A stretch of DNA of 63,695 bases, the filler included, from Octopus bimaculoides (lineage: Eukaryota): the NCBI RefSeq assembly GCF_001194135.2. It is 6 parts of 5 records of this genome, joined end to end, with 100 filler letters (N's around TTAATTAATTAA, not from the genome) between each part and the next. Parts side by side here need not be neighbours in the genome. Positions count along the whole stretch, not along the records: positions 26,540 to 55,418 come from NC_068981.1; positions 55,519 to 61,428 come from NC_068981.1; positions 61,529 to 62,544 come from NC_068997.1; positions 62,645 to 63,695 come from NW_026314865.1; 2 more parts are not named here. One strand, given 5' to 3'. Position 1 is the stretch's first letter; each line of letters begins with the position of its first letter. Made by a program: the position numbers and the translations under genes. Of this stretch, positions 50,484 through 63,695 are shown piece by piece. The notes beneath the pieces are model-generated. The model was not told the origin of the DNA. It made no database searches and saw nothing but the letters and a program-made list of their open reading frames with translations.

Positions 50484-50728
50484 AATATTGGTTTCAAATT
50501 TTGGCAAAAGGCCAGTCATTTCGCGGTGGTGGCTAGTCGATTACATCGATCCCACTGCTCAACTGGTACTTGTTTTATCGATTCCTAAAGAATGAAAGGC
50601 AAAATCGACCTCGGCGGAATTTGAACTCAGAACGTAAAGATGGACAAAATGTCGCAGATATCACTAAAGCACTCAGTTTTAACCGAATTCTGCTCAGCGA
50701 GCTAACGAATCTGCCGGCTCACCGTCTC
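50484..50728 (-). mobile_element. SINE family A
   Basis: Full motif order, with a short internal insertion. Confidence 0.85.
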
Positions 50729-53309
50729 ATATAGCTCAGAAATATCAATCTGCTTGTAAATTTTTACAATACCCAGCAGTCATACCAGAATATTTCTGAT
50801 ATGTGTGGCAAGATGCTGCTTTTAAATACACATCTAAGACCATAAATATACAAAGACAAATCGACAAAGAAGAACTAACAAACTACACCCGCTTATTTAT
50901 GGGCGCACTGTTTCCTCCCTGTGTAACTTCTATTGCCAAAACACTACCTTCTGTTGCTCTGCAACAACAAAATGCATATTTGTTCTATCTAAACCTCCAA
51001 ACCAATTACACATAGCCATAATTTCTCCTCTCATTTTAATCTGCCTTCCCATCTTCCATGTGAAGCATCTTTATCAAATCTTTCCAGACAGAACTACAAC
51101 TCTGGGAAGATTCATCTTAGTCATATTTTCCTCTGGAAACATTGACATAAAGGTGTTTCTAATGAACATCCATCCCATCGTTCACATGGAAATAGAAATG
51201 TTTAGCTTTACACCTTAGGGAATTGAATAACAGCGTCCACGATATTCAGGTCACTAACAACTGTGATCGCATGTATAATATTTATTATATCTATTGCAAG
51301 CCCTGTGAAATTTTGTGCGCAAACGCAGGGTAGATTACTAGGGAAAATTTGGTCTAAGGAACATGAGTGTATGTGTCTATGTATGTAAATTTGTGTGTAT
51401 ACATGCATACACGCACACACATATATATCAATAGATATTCTCACACGAATTGAAACACATACATACACATATATACACATGTAATGGGCTTCCGCGCAGT
51501 TTCCCATGCCTAATTTATTCACATACCTTTGGTCGATCTGAAGATAATTTTCAACTAAGTGCTACTCAATAGATTGAACCTGGATTTGCATAATAAGAAT
51601 ATAAAAGTCTTAAGCAAGCAATCATGTTTGCCTCGTAAACATACGAATGGTTTTAAGCCTAGATTGCATATACTTTCTGTTCATTTAGTTTTAGTGAGAA
51701 AGAAAATGTTTATTTTTCCAAATAATAATAAAAAAAGATATTACAATTTATTACGATGGGGTAGAAACTTTCTAGATAAAAATTCTGTTACTAACTACAT
51801 ATTTTATGTTTTCGACATAAATTCTTGTAATTCTCTAAAGGAACCGAAAGCAACTACTATTTTACACAGTAGAACAAATATTTAAATGTGTTAAAACGCT
51901 ACCATAATATTAGTTAATGTCACTTTTAAAGTTTAGGCAAAGTTTCGATGACCTACAGAAATATATACTCACGCGCATATCATTTTGTGAACTACAGCAT
52001 AGAATCCACTGTTACCATCATCATCATCATCACCATAACCATAAACGAACCACAGAAGCCAACAGTAAAAACGATTCTGCAATTTTTTTACGATTGCTGA
52101 CAAGTTCAAGCAATATCTGCATCAAGTTTGCGTGAAGTTCTGTGAATCCCTTAAAGAGAACCCTATAAAATCTTCGCGAGCCTTTTGATCGACATTGTTT
52201 AATGACGAACTTGAATGAAATACGCATTTCAGAGCCGGGCAATCTTATACATTGGAACTTTTACGAGTTTTAGTCTGCTTGACAGTGTAGCTAATTTTCC
52301 CGCAAATAACAGCCCAAATTGCTAGGATGTGCAAACAAATCTGCTTCAGATCACACCCTATAGTTTTACTGAATGGAGGATGAATCCGAATAAATTATAC
52401 TGAATGGTCATAAATAGAACGCTTTTGATCATAGGTCTACGACTTCAGAGCTGCCATTGGCTTAAACAAAAACGGCAACTCCAACAACTTTCGTTTTGCT
52501 TACTTGACAACCGGCCAGAATAAGTTACCAAACGCACATCAAATCACATTCTATAATTTAATAATAATAATAATAATAATAAAAATACGTATCCGATATA
52601 ATACTGTTCTAGACACAATGTAGTCATTTGGACAAAAATGACAAGATAATCACGACTTATCACGTTTAATTATATCCCCTTCACAAACATATGGCGGTAA
52701 TCCCTTGAAATTGAGGATAATGGTCTTCAAGATTAGGGATTATTAGCACGCGAGCACACTTAATTAATAAGTCCAATCATAGTGGCATAAATTGTCTGGC
52801 AGTGAGGGCAGATCTGTTGAGAATGAAGAGTAGCTTTTGACAGTTAGTAGATGTTTTTTTTTATGTTGATAACGGTGGTGGTGGTGGTGACAGCGACGAT
52901 GGTGTTGTTGTTGTTGACGATGATGATTCTTTTCTTCTATACCTCTTGACCTCACAACGTTCACATCTGGGTCATTTAAAATGATCCACTCCTTCCTCGA
53001 ATGAAGAAACTCCAGGTTGTTCTGTCATGAAACGAAAGGTTCTCAGTTTCCGGACGCTGATGTTACTGGTTTCCAGCGTTACATCCAGAATAGCCCTTGA
53101 AGTACTTCAGATGTCTCCCCCGTCCCTCCCTCCCCCGCCACTTTCATTCTTAATTGGTCATTGAAGATTTGCTTGGGGAAGCCGGTTGCATTCTTTTCCA
53201 AGTACAAGAATAGTAACAACAATAATTCATGCATTTTTTTTTTGTGTTTAGCTACAACTCAAAAAAGACAAACTACAAACACGGACAGGAATAAGACTTA
53301 AGAAAATCT

Positions 53310-53311
53310 TG

Positions 53312-53345
<34 letters not shown>

Positions 53346-54324
53346 TATAATGATGATCATCATTATAATGATCATCATCACCGTCATCATCGTCGTCGTC
53401 AACGTTGTCGTCTTGATCATTATCATCGTCGTCATCCTTGTACCTTGTCGTCATCATCATCATCGTCACCGTTACATCGTCATCATCATCATCATCCTCC
53501 TCTTCAACTCCCCACAACAACAGCAGCACCCCCCACCGCCTCAGCCACCGTAATCGTCATCATCATAAACATTAAAAAAAATCACAACTACTAATAGAAT
53601 AACGTTAATAACAATAGTCGTCTTTTTAAATCAGTGTAAATGGTCCAGAAATGGTTAGCTTGTCAATAATTTGTTGCCAATCAACTTTGCTGTTTTTGTT
53701 TTCTGCTGTATTTCATCTTTTTTTTTTTTTACTTACACAGTGTAATTTGTGACAAAAAAACTTACCGTTTCTATCGCTTGCTAATCAGCTTTTAAACTTA
53801 TTAGGCTTAAGTTAAGAATTTCTCATTATATATCTTATGTATTTATCTTGCGTATTCATTTAATGTCATTTAATCACAACTAGAAGCAGCCTTCTAGACA
53901 TCACCATCGCCACCACCACCACCACCACCACCACCACAATCACCACCACCACCACCACCACCACCACCACAACTATCACCACCATCAACACTACTGCCAG
54001 CAGCAGNNNNNNNNNNNNNNNNNNNNNNNNNNNNNNNNNNNNNNNNNNNNNNNNNNNNNNNNNNNNNNNNNNNNNNNNNNNNNNNNNNNNNNNNNNNNNN
54101 NNNNNNNNNNNNNNNNNNNNNNNNNNNNNNNNNNNNNNNNNNNNNNNNNNNNNNNNNNNNNNNNNNNNNNNNNNNNNNNNNNNNNNNNNNNNNNNNNNNN
54201 NNNNNNNNNNNNNNNNNNNNNNNNNNNNNNNNNNNNNNNNNNNNNNNNNNNNNNNNNNNNNNNNNNNNNNNNNNNNNNNNNNNNNNNNNNNNNNNNNNNN
54301 NNNNNNNNNNNNNNCACCACCATA

Positions 54325-54367
<43 letters not shown>

Positions 54368-55149
54368 TTACTACTACTACCACCACCATCACCACCACCA
54401 CCACCACCACCACCACCACAACTATCACCACCATCAACACTACTGCCAGCAGCAGCACCACCACCACCACTACCATCATCACCACCACCAACATCACTAC
54501 ACTACCCCACCCCCACCCCCACCACCAGTATTACAATTACCTGTATCACCACTGCGATTGATATCATGACTATACTACCACCACAGCTGCTCTCACCTTC
54601 TGCTCCCCCACCTCCTCTCAGAAAACCTCAACAATAACCGCGTTGAACAGTTTTGTCATTTGGTTTATATCATAATTAAACGAACAATCTTGACATCAAC
54701 AAAATGCACTCATTTGACTGATTGAGAGAAGAAAAAAATTCTAAAACAAAGGAGTTAAAGATATGAAGCACTGCATCATTACTACAACAGTTCCGTCATC
54801 GAATTCTCCTACTCCTCCATTCCATCCGTACATTTATCCATCCATCCGCTTCTACTTCTCAATAATCTTCATCATCTTCGACATTACGACGACGACGACC
54901 ACCACCTTCGCCACCACCACCACCACCACCACTACCATCATTTGTAGCTTCAAAGGGTCTCTCACAGAGTCCATCTCATCCATCATCTCCTCTTCATCGT
55001 CCCTCCACCAACGTCACCGATTTACACCGCCGCCGCCACCGCTGCCGCTAACAACAACAACAGCAACAGCAACAACAACTATAACATCATAACACTCGTC
55101 ATACATCATCAATCTTCGTTTTGTCTTTTACCTTCACTTATATAAGCTG

Positions 55150-55203
<54 letters not shown>

Positions 55204-55262
55204 ATAATAATAATAATAATAATAATAATGATAATTATAACAACAACAACAACAACAACAAC

Positions 55263-55304
<42 letters not shown>

Positions 55305-55305
55305 T
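53310..55305. repeat. Cluster of degenerate triplet arrays, (CAT/CGT)n, (CAC/TAC)n, (CAA)n, (TAA)n
   Basis: Direct reading; includes a 66-bp unit repeated at 53941-54006 and about 54391-54456 across a gap. Confidence 0.9.
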
Positions 55306-55418
55306 CTGGGATATGCCAATACACACAGATAGAGAAATTAAGGCAAATAGACCAGATATAGTTGTCAAAGATCATGAAGGAAAAAAATGCCTTCTAATTG
55401 ATGTTTCAATACCAGCAG
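55306..55418 (+). mobile_element. R4/Dong RLE endonuclease fragment, 5'-truncated, directly after (TAA)n
   Basis: WDMPIHTDREIKANRPDIVVKDHEGKKCLLIDVSIPA; cut by the linker. Confidence 0.9.
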
Positions 55419-55518
55419 NNNNNNNNNNNNNNNNNNNNNNNNNNNNNNNNNNNNNNNNNNNNTTAATTAATTAANNNNNNNNNNNNNNNNNNNNNNNNNN
55501 NNNNNNNNNNNNNNNNNN
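55419..55518. other. Artificial assembly linker N44-TTAATTAATTAA-N44
   Basis: Same 100-bp block. Confidence 0.95.
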
Positions 55519-55606
55519 TACATGCATATAGATTCACACACCCACACACTCATACCCATATACAATAACACACACAAACACATACACACACACTCTCACA
55601 CACACG

Positions 55607-55656
<50 letters not shown>

Positions 55657-56969
55657 CGAGAGGAGCTAAAAAATTATCGCACTTTCACCATAACATATCT
55701 TTATTATTGTCACACTGCCTTCTGCGCATAATGTGCTTATCGTTGGTACTATTGTGGTCACATGATCGAAGTTTGACCCTGATCGCGCTATTTTTTCTCT
55801 GGGTTTATTGTGTAAGTATGGCCGATCCAATAGCAACGCGCACCAAAGAAGAACAAAGAGCAGTGATCCAATTTCTCTGGTCGGAAGGTGAATCAGGTGA
55901 GGAAATTCATCGCTGGCTTTTAGCACAATACAGGCACAGTGCACTACTGCGTAGAAGTGTGTATGAGTGGATCGAGAAGTTTAAAAGTGGCTGGACAAGC
56001 ATGACGCACGAAGAGGGAGGAGGATGCCCATCAACCTTTGCCAATGACGAGAAGATTCATGAAGCTCAAGAATTGGTAATTGTGAACCGGCGAGTTATCA
56101 TCCATCGATGAGGTAGCTCGTTCTATGGAGATTAGTCATTGCTCTGCCTATCAAATCATTCACGATGAGCTCGACTTCCATAAAGTCTCTGCAAGATGGA
56201 TGCCAAGAGAACTTGCTGCGGAGCACAAGCGCAAACGTCGTGAGGTCTGCCAACGTTTACTCGATCGCTATAACAATGAGGGCGAGGAAGTTTGGGCAGA
56301 ATAGTCACAGGTGATGAAACGTGGGTCCATCATTATGAGGAAGAATCCAAAAGAAAGAGTATGGAGTGGAAACATGCTGGCTCGCCAGCGACGAAGAAAT
56401 TCAAGACTTAGTCTTTCACGGGAAAGGTGATGCTAATCCTTTACTGAGACTCAAATGCGTCTGTACTGGAAGACTACCAGGAAAAGGGTGTACGATCAAC
56501 AGTGCAAGATACAGAGTTTTGCTAGCCAACAAACTGAAGCCAGCAATTCACACTAAACGCTGAAGCTTATTGTTGAAGGAAGTTTTGTTGTTGCATAGCA
56601 ATGCACGCCCACGTACGGCCGCTCAGACCGTTGAAACCATTAACCAATTGGGTTTTGAGCTGCTGGAACACCCTGCCTACAGCACAGATCTTGCCCTTTC
56701 CGACTATCATATCTTTGGATTGCTCAAAGATGGTTTACAAGGTCGTCGATTACTTATGGATGAAGGCGTGAAGGAAGCGGTGCATAAATGGTTGCATGAC
56801 CAACTGAAAACCTTCTTCTTGGAGGAAGCACGCAAGCTTGTGGACCGCTGGACCAAGAGCACCGAAAAGGAAGGAGACTATATAGAAAAATAACGTACTT
56901 GTTTATCCCCTGCTTTTGTGTAAATACATTAAAAACACAAGAGTGCGTATAATTTGTGACTCTCCCTCG
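55657..56969 (+). mobile_element. Full-length mariner, second family, pseudogenised
   Basis: Imperfect TIRs (CGAG.G.AG..AAATTAT.CGCACT) with a 5' TA; EQRAVIQFL..VYEWIEKFKSG, RWMPREL, IVTGDETW, LLLHSNARP (catalytic D lost), HPAYSTDLALSDYH, EGDYIEK*. Confidence 0.93.
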
Positions 56970-56974
56970 TGTAA

Positions 56975-58610
56975 TCACAGCAGTTTGGGCGTGGAAGTAC
57001 ATTTTCCAAACTAACTTGCCTAATTTAAAACGGCAGGATGTGCTTCGCAAGAAATTTTACTGCTACACTGAGGAGATCGCATACCCGGACAGAGAACACT
57101 CAACACCCACACGGCTATTGACAACAGGATTGTTTCATCCATAGGTGTCCAGCAGCGTGATCCTCTTGGTCCGCTCGTTTTTGTATTGGTTGTCGATGAT
57201 GTAGGCTAATGAGTTCGCTTACCCTTGAATGTGTGACAGCTGGATGATGTAACCCTGGGTGACTCGGCTGTGTCTGTAGCTTGGGACTTTCAGCAGCCCT
57301 AAAGCTTCTTGGGCTTGAGATCAATCCATTAAAGTCGGAGGTGATAAACGTGAGTTATGGTGAAGTTGAATGCCAGGGCGTCGCACTCAGCATCCAGTAC
57401 ACCTTGGCAGGTGCTCGGCTGACACCAAGGGACGCTTCTGCATTCTTGGCTCCCCAATCCTCTCGAAGGCCATAGAAGAGTGCCTGAAGATCAAACTTGC
57501 GGACTTATCTAGGATGACTGAGTGATTACGTTTTATTTAAGCGTATCCGGCGCTCTTCCTCTTGAGGAATTGCTTTACTCTAAGTTCCTTTTCTCGCTAT
57601 GCAGTGCGCCATGTCACCCTCTCATAGATCGCCTCAGCGATATCGATGATACCATTTGGCGCTGCGCTGAATTGATCTGCAATGTTAGTTTTGACAGCTC
57701 CAGCTGGCAACAAGCTAAACTACCTGTCAAATTCGGTGGTCTTGGCTTCCGTTCACATTGGAGCTGGTTCTGCCGGTCTATCTTTTCTCAGTCTCCCCCG
57801 GCCGCACCCTCATTCGCAAGGTATTCTGCTGGATGGCTGAACCCGATGTAACGTAGGAACTATAGTCAACTGTGGCTGATGTGACTGTTGAACGTCTCAC
57901 CACCCGACCGAATACAGATGTCGAACGTAACTGAGACAACATAAAATACAAATCTGTCTTCGGGTGGATTGTGATATCCTTAGATCAACACGCCTGATTC
58001 CGTTCGGCTTTGCGCGTGTCTAAAGTCGGTATCCTCCTCGTCAACTAGCACCCTTTTTAATGATGAGTGCACTCGTATCGGAGTAACTCAACTCCTCGGT
58101 TTCCTTTGTGGAACAATAGCCAATGAATTCGGCCTGCATCCATTATCGTGCAGCCTTAGCGCGGACTGGCTCCCCTAACTCGCCGCTCTGAATGACATAA
58201 TTAGAAGAGGCCTCGATGCGGCTGGCTTCCCGTTACAACTGGAACCAGGTGTTGAAGCGCCCTGACGGAATACCCTCTTCCCATACGAGGAAGGCAAATC
58301 CCTAATCTGGAACGCGACGTGCTACGACACATTCCCAGGCTCAAACGTTGCTGTATCGTCGCCGGTATAGCAAATAAACACATACAGGTACATGATTGGC
58401 CGCTATCTGTTTTTGTGCCGGTCACCGTCGAGACCTCAAGTGTTCTCGCACTCCGCACTGCTGATTCCTTCCGCAAAATCGGGATATTAACGGCCCGTTT
58501 GAGAAACGAGTTCTGCGTGGTGAAGTAGTTACTACCGTGAGCATCGCTGGTCATTCTCCGCGGCAACGCCTTTGCAATCATTTCCTTGAGGCACGGCTGA
58601 ACAACACCAT
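56975..58610 (+). mobile_element. CRE-clade RLE LINE, 5'-truncated (RT core to C-terminus), decayed
   Basis: GVQQRDPLGPLVF, LDDVTLG, LGLEINPLKSE, AKLPVKFGGLG, HPLSC..ALNDIIRRGLDAAG, RPDG, ILRGNA. Confidence 0.8.
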
Positions 58611-59599
58611 TTAGTTTAGAGTAACAGGTTGTACACTCTAGACCATGTCTTATTTGGTATACATTAGTAAAATATTTTCATGTTAATGACAGTGAATATT
58701 TACAACTAGAAAATATGAAACCATTTGCCAGTAATCGAACTCGTTCAATTAAGCGCTAATTAAACCTCTTAATTGAGTCTTAAAACTCCTGCTAACCTTA
58801 AAACACCTGGTTCAGTTACTGCTTTCGTCATTTTGATGACTTTCTGTTTTGTTTTTGATATTATGACTATTCGAAATTGGGATGGTGAATGAAGGGGTGG
58901 TGTCAGTCTCTTATATAATGAAGTGTAGTCATCGTCGTAAGTCATACATATATTGATGTTTATTTTCATGTCAAGTTATAACAAAAACAATTTAGCATTA
59001 AACTTTTTGTACAATACGTATTATATTTATGCAAGAAAGGTGGTGACAATGATTTTGAAGTTTCGGACTGCTAGTCTTCAGTCTGAACTCATTCATACAA
59101 GTACGTTTTATTTTGTGATTGAGAGGGAAAGTACTCAATACAGAAGAAGTGTGTAATATTTATTATCTTGCTAATCTAAATTTCTGCTGCTAGTCTAAAT
59201 TACTTGAGCATATTCGCCGATCACGCAATAGAAAACTGTATAGGTGTGTGTGTGTGAGAGAGCATGTGTGTATATGTGCATGAGTGTGTCTATGTTTGTA
59301 CTCATTTCTTTAATTGATTTTAGTCACTGAACTGTAGCTATACTGAGAATCACCTTCAAAAACCAAGTTCATAAAGCGATAAGCAAGACTGCATAATAAA
59401 GTCAATAAAATCAGATTTAGAGCTCTAATGTAATGATTTATGAATACAGCAAGTACAAAGAAAAAAGATGAAAATAGAAGCAAGCTACATATTGAAATAA
59501 GCATATAATCTAAATCCTCCCCTCGATAGTATTTCCACCAACCAGGTATGGATAAAAATATATGAAAACGGGCTGCCTTCATTTTTGCGGCCTACAAAG

Positions 59600-61040
59600 A
59601 GATTTGTATGCATGTTTTTAACAGGAAATCACAATATGTTTCCAGACCTTTTATATCTTCATGCTACTTTTGCTTAAGATATTGAAATATACAAAGAAGG
59701 ACATTTCAATCTATCATTAAAATTAATTTCATCATTATGAATTATTTGCTTCATAATTATCCTTTCTGTAACTTTGCTTTCAAATTAGAGACCTAAATTT
59801 GGTTTAGAATCTAAATATCGTTCTGTATCGATTGTAAAGTGTCAAATTGGTTGGTTGGCAGTATTAAATTTGGGCAACAGATGTAATCAAACAAGAAAGA
59901 TCTGCAAGTTTGGATTCGTTTTCACGCTTAGTTTAAAACATTTTATTTACATGTTGATCTTTAACAACTGAGGTATACAAAAAATACGCAACGAATTGTT
60001 ATCGATTGTGTACATATTGTGCAGAATTTGGGCTGTGTAGCATTTTCTTTTGAACTCACAATTCCAAAGTAAGATTTTAACTCTAACCACACGTTTGCAG
60101 TTATACTTACAGCAGCTCCAATTGAGAGTCACCTGATTGCACAATTGTTCAAAATTTTCAGTAGTTTCATTTTCACTGATAACCTCATACAGCTACTTGT
60201 AGCTGCTTGTCTAGAGGAAGAGTGTGAAAACCACTTATAGGCCTCAGCGACCATTAAATTCTAAGTTTCTTGGAAAAAATTCTGTGGAAGCATGATATAT
60301 TGTCAAAATAAATGGCAAACATACAAGATTAGAATTAAGTATGGTATTTTTGTCTTCAACTTTTCATACACGCCATAATTAACTACAAATATAACACGAG
60401 CATTGTCTGTACCAATAGCAATAATTTTTTTCATATTTACTTTTGAGTTCACATGTTCTTTTTCGCAATCCTTTGCAATAGTATTTGCATCATAAATTTC
60501 TGAAATAACTAAGCTAAGAAAAGTATGAATAACTTTCTTATACTTCTTGTTGCAATAAATAATGGCAATTTATCAAAGATTATTTTAATTTAAGTATCAT
60601 TGGTTTCATCTAGTAACAAGCTAGATCTGCTATTTCTAAAATCACCAATTAAATCTTCAAAATGTTGACTAAGAAAATTCTTCATAGTAGCAGAGCGTTT
60701 TCTTCAGAAGATTCTTATTGCTGGCATAGTCTTACTATCCTTAATATCATTTTTAAAATACTAAAAAAAAGTGATCACAAGTTATGATTGATGAATGATA
60801 GCAAAAATATTGAAGTACTCTTCAAACACTTTGCAGTGTCATCACATTCCTATATCAAATGTTACTGATGTGTTTTTTGTTTCAACGTTTCATTAACAGG
60901 CAATGTTTTGCTGCTATATCAAGCCTTTAGAATCTAGAATCTACAACGTACTTTTATATTATCAAGCACATTGCATAACCGCAGTTACTTTTATTCATAA
61001 GTTGTTGCTCGATTTTGCGTTGGTCATACATTGTTTACTT
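59600..61040 (-). mobile_element. hAT transposase pseudogene, heavily decayed
   Basis: LLLDETND, IIAIGTDNA..GVYEKLK..P, KCYTAQILHNMY, VNKMF, YLDSKPNLG; no TIRs identified. Confidence 0.65.
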
Positions 61041-61109
61041 TTTATACACTTTTATGTTTTATTTATGTCCTAAGTGATATCTTCTAGTGCAGTCAAGAAT
61101 TATTTCTGC

Positions 61110-61428
61110 GTTGTTGTTGTTGTTGTTCTTCTTCTTCTTCTTCTCCCTCTCCTTCTCCTCCTCTCCTTCTTCTTCTTCTTTTTCTTCTTCTTCTCTTTCT
61201 TCTCCTTCTTCTCCTCCCTCTCATCCTCTTCTTCTTCTTCTTCTTCTCCCCTTTGTCTTCTTCTTCTTTTTCTTCTTCTTCTTCTTCTTCTTCTTCTCCC
61301 TCTCCTCCTCCTCCTCTCCTTCTTCTTTTTCTTCTCCTTCTTCTTCTTCTTCTCCCTCTCCTCCTCCTCCTCCTCCTCCTCCTCCTCTCCTTCTTATTCT
61401 TCTCCTTCGTCTTCTTCTTCGTCTTCTT
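61110..61428. repeat. (CTT/CTC)n polypyrimidine array
   Basis: Direct reading. Confidence 0.95.
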
Positions 61429-61528
61429 NNNNNNNNNNNNNNNNNNNNNNNNNNNNNNNNNNNNNNNNNNNNTTAATTAATTAANNNNNNNNNNNNNNNN
61501 NNNNNNNNNNNNNNNNNNNNNNNNNNNN
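61429..61528. other. Artificial assembly linker N44-TTAATTAATTAA-N44
   Basis: Same 100-bp block. Confidence 0.95.
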
Positions 61529-61945
61529 ATATATATATATACATACACATATATAAATGCACGCTACGTTACTCATAGATATACATATGTCTGAGTTTGT
61601 GAGTGTTTGTATCAATGTAACTATCTATGTATGCATCTATCCAGGTATATTGCTTATCTGTGTATGTATATGTAAATACGTATATATTTATCTCTCCATC
61701 TATCTAGAATCTATATAAATATAGATATGTATATGTATATACATATGCATGCATATGGATGCATGTGGATATTTATGTATATGCCGGTAACTAGGTGAGT
61801 TTCTTTGTGTCGTGCGCTAAATCGTGTGTGCTTTAATGCATGGGTGTGTGTTGTGATTCGTTGTGTTTGAATTCCAATATATATCCTTACATAAGTCTAT
61901 ATGTGTGTTTCGGTATGGATTTATGCATTAATATTTATCTAAGCG

Positions 61946-61980
<35 letters not shown>

Positions 61981-61990
61981 NNNNNNNNNN

Positions 61991-62031
<41 letters not shown>

Positions 62032-62115
62032 TGTATATGCATATTTAATATTCACATACATATATACATACATATATATATGCATGCACATATATGTCTC
62101 TATGCATATATGTTC

Positions 62116-62169
<54 letters not shown>

Positions 62170-62544
62170 GGAAATATGCACATGTTTGTATGCATATACG
62201 TATATCCATGCACAAATATTGCGTATATATATATTTTGCCTTCCAGTGAATATTGTATATTTTACTCTGTGCTTTCTAGAGAATTATTTTTTTTCGGTTT
62301 TTCTTTTCTTTTGTGTGTGTTTGTAACAAAGTAGCCTTCATCATACGCGCTAACAAAACAGATTCGCGTGAAATATTTTTGCGATTAAAAAAAAAACAAT
62401 ATATATCAGGTTTTTTTTTTTTTTTTTTGATAAAATAATTGAAAAGTTATTTCCTGATAAAAAAAATATTTGTTGATTTGGTCTGAAGAATAATCATTTA
62501 TTTGCTTGAAAGAATGAGAAAGAATAACGAGTAATTTTGAATGT

Positions 62545-62644
62545 NNNNNNNNNNNNNNNNNNNNNNNNNNNNNNNNNNNNNNNNNNNNTTAATTAATTAA
62601 NNNNNNNNNNNNNNNNNNNNNNNNNNNNNNNNNNNNNNNNNNNN
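62545..62644. other. Artificial assembly linker N44-TTAATTAATTAA-N44
   Basis: Same 100-bp block. Confidence 0.95.
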
Positions 62645-62685
<41 letters not shown>

Positions 62686-62729
62686 TTTTACTATTGACAC
62701 AAGTCTTATAGTGATTAGCATCTTTACTT

Positions 62730-62870
62730 TTAGAGTTCACATTCCCCTGAGCTTGACTTCACCTTGCATCGATGTCGAAAAAGTACCGCTCGAGCAGTGG
62801 GGTCGATGTAATTGACTAGTCCCTTCACCCGAAATTTCAGGACTTGTGTCAATAGTAAAATCTATTATTA
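62730..62870 (+). mobile_element. SINE family A, decayed 3' part
   Basis: GAGTTCACATTCC..AAGTACC..CAGTGGGGTCGATGTAATTGAC. Confidence 0.7.
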
Positions 62871-62944
<74 letters not shown>

Positions 62945-63265
62945 GAGTGAGAGAGCAGGGCATGCCATCAAAGTGACACTGGGGTAAAATATACGAAGCC
63001 CAATATACCCATCATGACTACCCGTCTGATAAGGGTACAGCAGGCACATGCATCACAACCATATGTGCGCAACATGGTGATCTCATGTCAAGATAAACAG
63101 CGCGTGACATCGCAGGTGGGGCCCAGTTAGAATTCTCTTCGGGTCGAATAGACCATCCCGCTAGAAAAGGGACTTGAATAAAGGTTGTTAGAGGGTATCG
63201 AATGAAATACCCATGTTTCCAAAGGTTAATTATGCAAACCCCAAAGAATTGTTCTCAGCACTTCC
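62945..63265 (-). mobile_element. Second copy of the (AAT)n-tailed non-coding element, 5'-truncated
   Basis: Collinear with 37444-37756 (roughly 80% by eye); its tail is the long (ATT)n at 62864-62944. Confidence 0.8.
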
Positions 63266-63695
63266 ATCATTGCTGCATCCACGACTACTAAACGTTGAAT
63301 AGATAGAAAATCCAGGCACAGACAAGCTGTAATATTAGTTTTTAGGTATTGCCCTCAGCCTTTCCGAAAACACAGATATTGAATATTCGATATCATTCCT
63401 TTACTTTTACCTTTCAATATTATTCATCTGTACTGAATCTGGAATACGCAATGCAATTACTCTATGGTCACAATTTCGGGTGCAATTTCATTTTTCTAAA
63501 GATTTATGAGTTATCATGTTCAGATCTTTCATCTCGAGTTGAACGTTTGTCTCTCATGTGATTTTCACGACCTTGGAAACAATACATTTAGGAGGTTATT
63601 CATTAATGATAATATCACTATTTGCACAAATGTGTGTATTTGATTTTCTACAAAGCATATATCGCGTGTGTATGCACACACCCACATACATACAT

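Noticed and set aside
52940-53130. GC-elevated stretch as a coding exon
   Set aside because: All frames give only short peptides with no recognisable family, and there is no convincing splice pair.
56570-56893. SETMAR-like domesticated gene
   Set aside because: TIRs are present, the frame is broken, the catalytic Asp is lost and there is no SET domain; it is an ordinary dead mariner.
59055-59095. Minus-strand CUGAAGA..GUCCGAAAC hammerhead-like string
   Set aside because: The CUGA is used up inside the only plausible stem (GACUG/CAGUC), and stems I and III do not form.

Overview
AT-rich eukaryotic genomic DNA packed with microsatellites, with many assembly gaps. The SINE families and repeat make-up look like an octopus/coleoid cephalopod (my inference; not checked against a database). 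I found no host protein-coding gene, rRNA, true tRNA or CRISPR array that I can identify with confidence. Nearly all ORF-track entries are microsatellite read-throughs or decayed transposon frames. The window is a transposon graveyard: about 25 tRNA-derived SINE copies in three families, at least eight R4/Dong-clade RLE LINE fragments (the 3' ends abut (TAA)n), and single Tx1/L1-like and CRE-like LINEs. It also holds two Penelope-like (GIY-YIG) elements, two full-length dead mariners and a decayed hAT. The most interesting signal is a hammerhead-ribozyme cluster at 38.1-42.6 kb. One motif is a sequence-intact minimal type I hammerhead (40384-40431). A second lies in a Penelope terminal repeat behind a tRNA-like Pol III head, and a third is degenerate (42593-42628). 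All have a self-complementary stem III, which points to dimer-dependent cleavage. Other notable items: a 92-nt near-perfect hairpin (11475-11566), a TTAA-bounded telomeric-repeat palindrome (28576-28627), an internal inversion-duplication in an R4/Dong RT (33840-34035) and a nest of (TAA)n-targeted insertions (36.8-37.9 kb). Five 100-bp N44-TTAATTAATTAA-N44 blocks are artificial linkers, so adjacency across them is uncertain. Repeat boundaries were read by eye and are approximate (about +/-10-20 bp).
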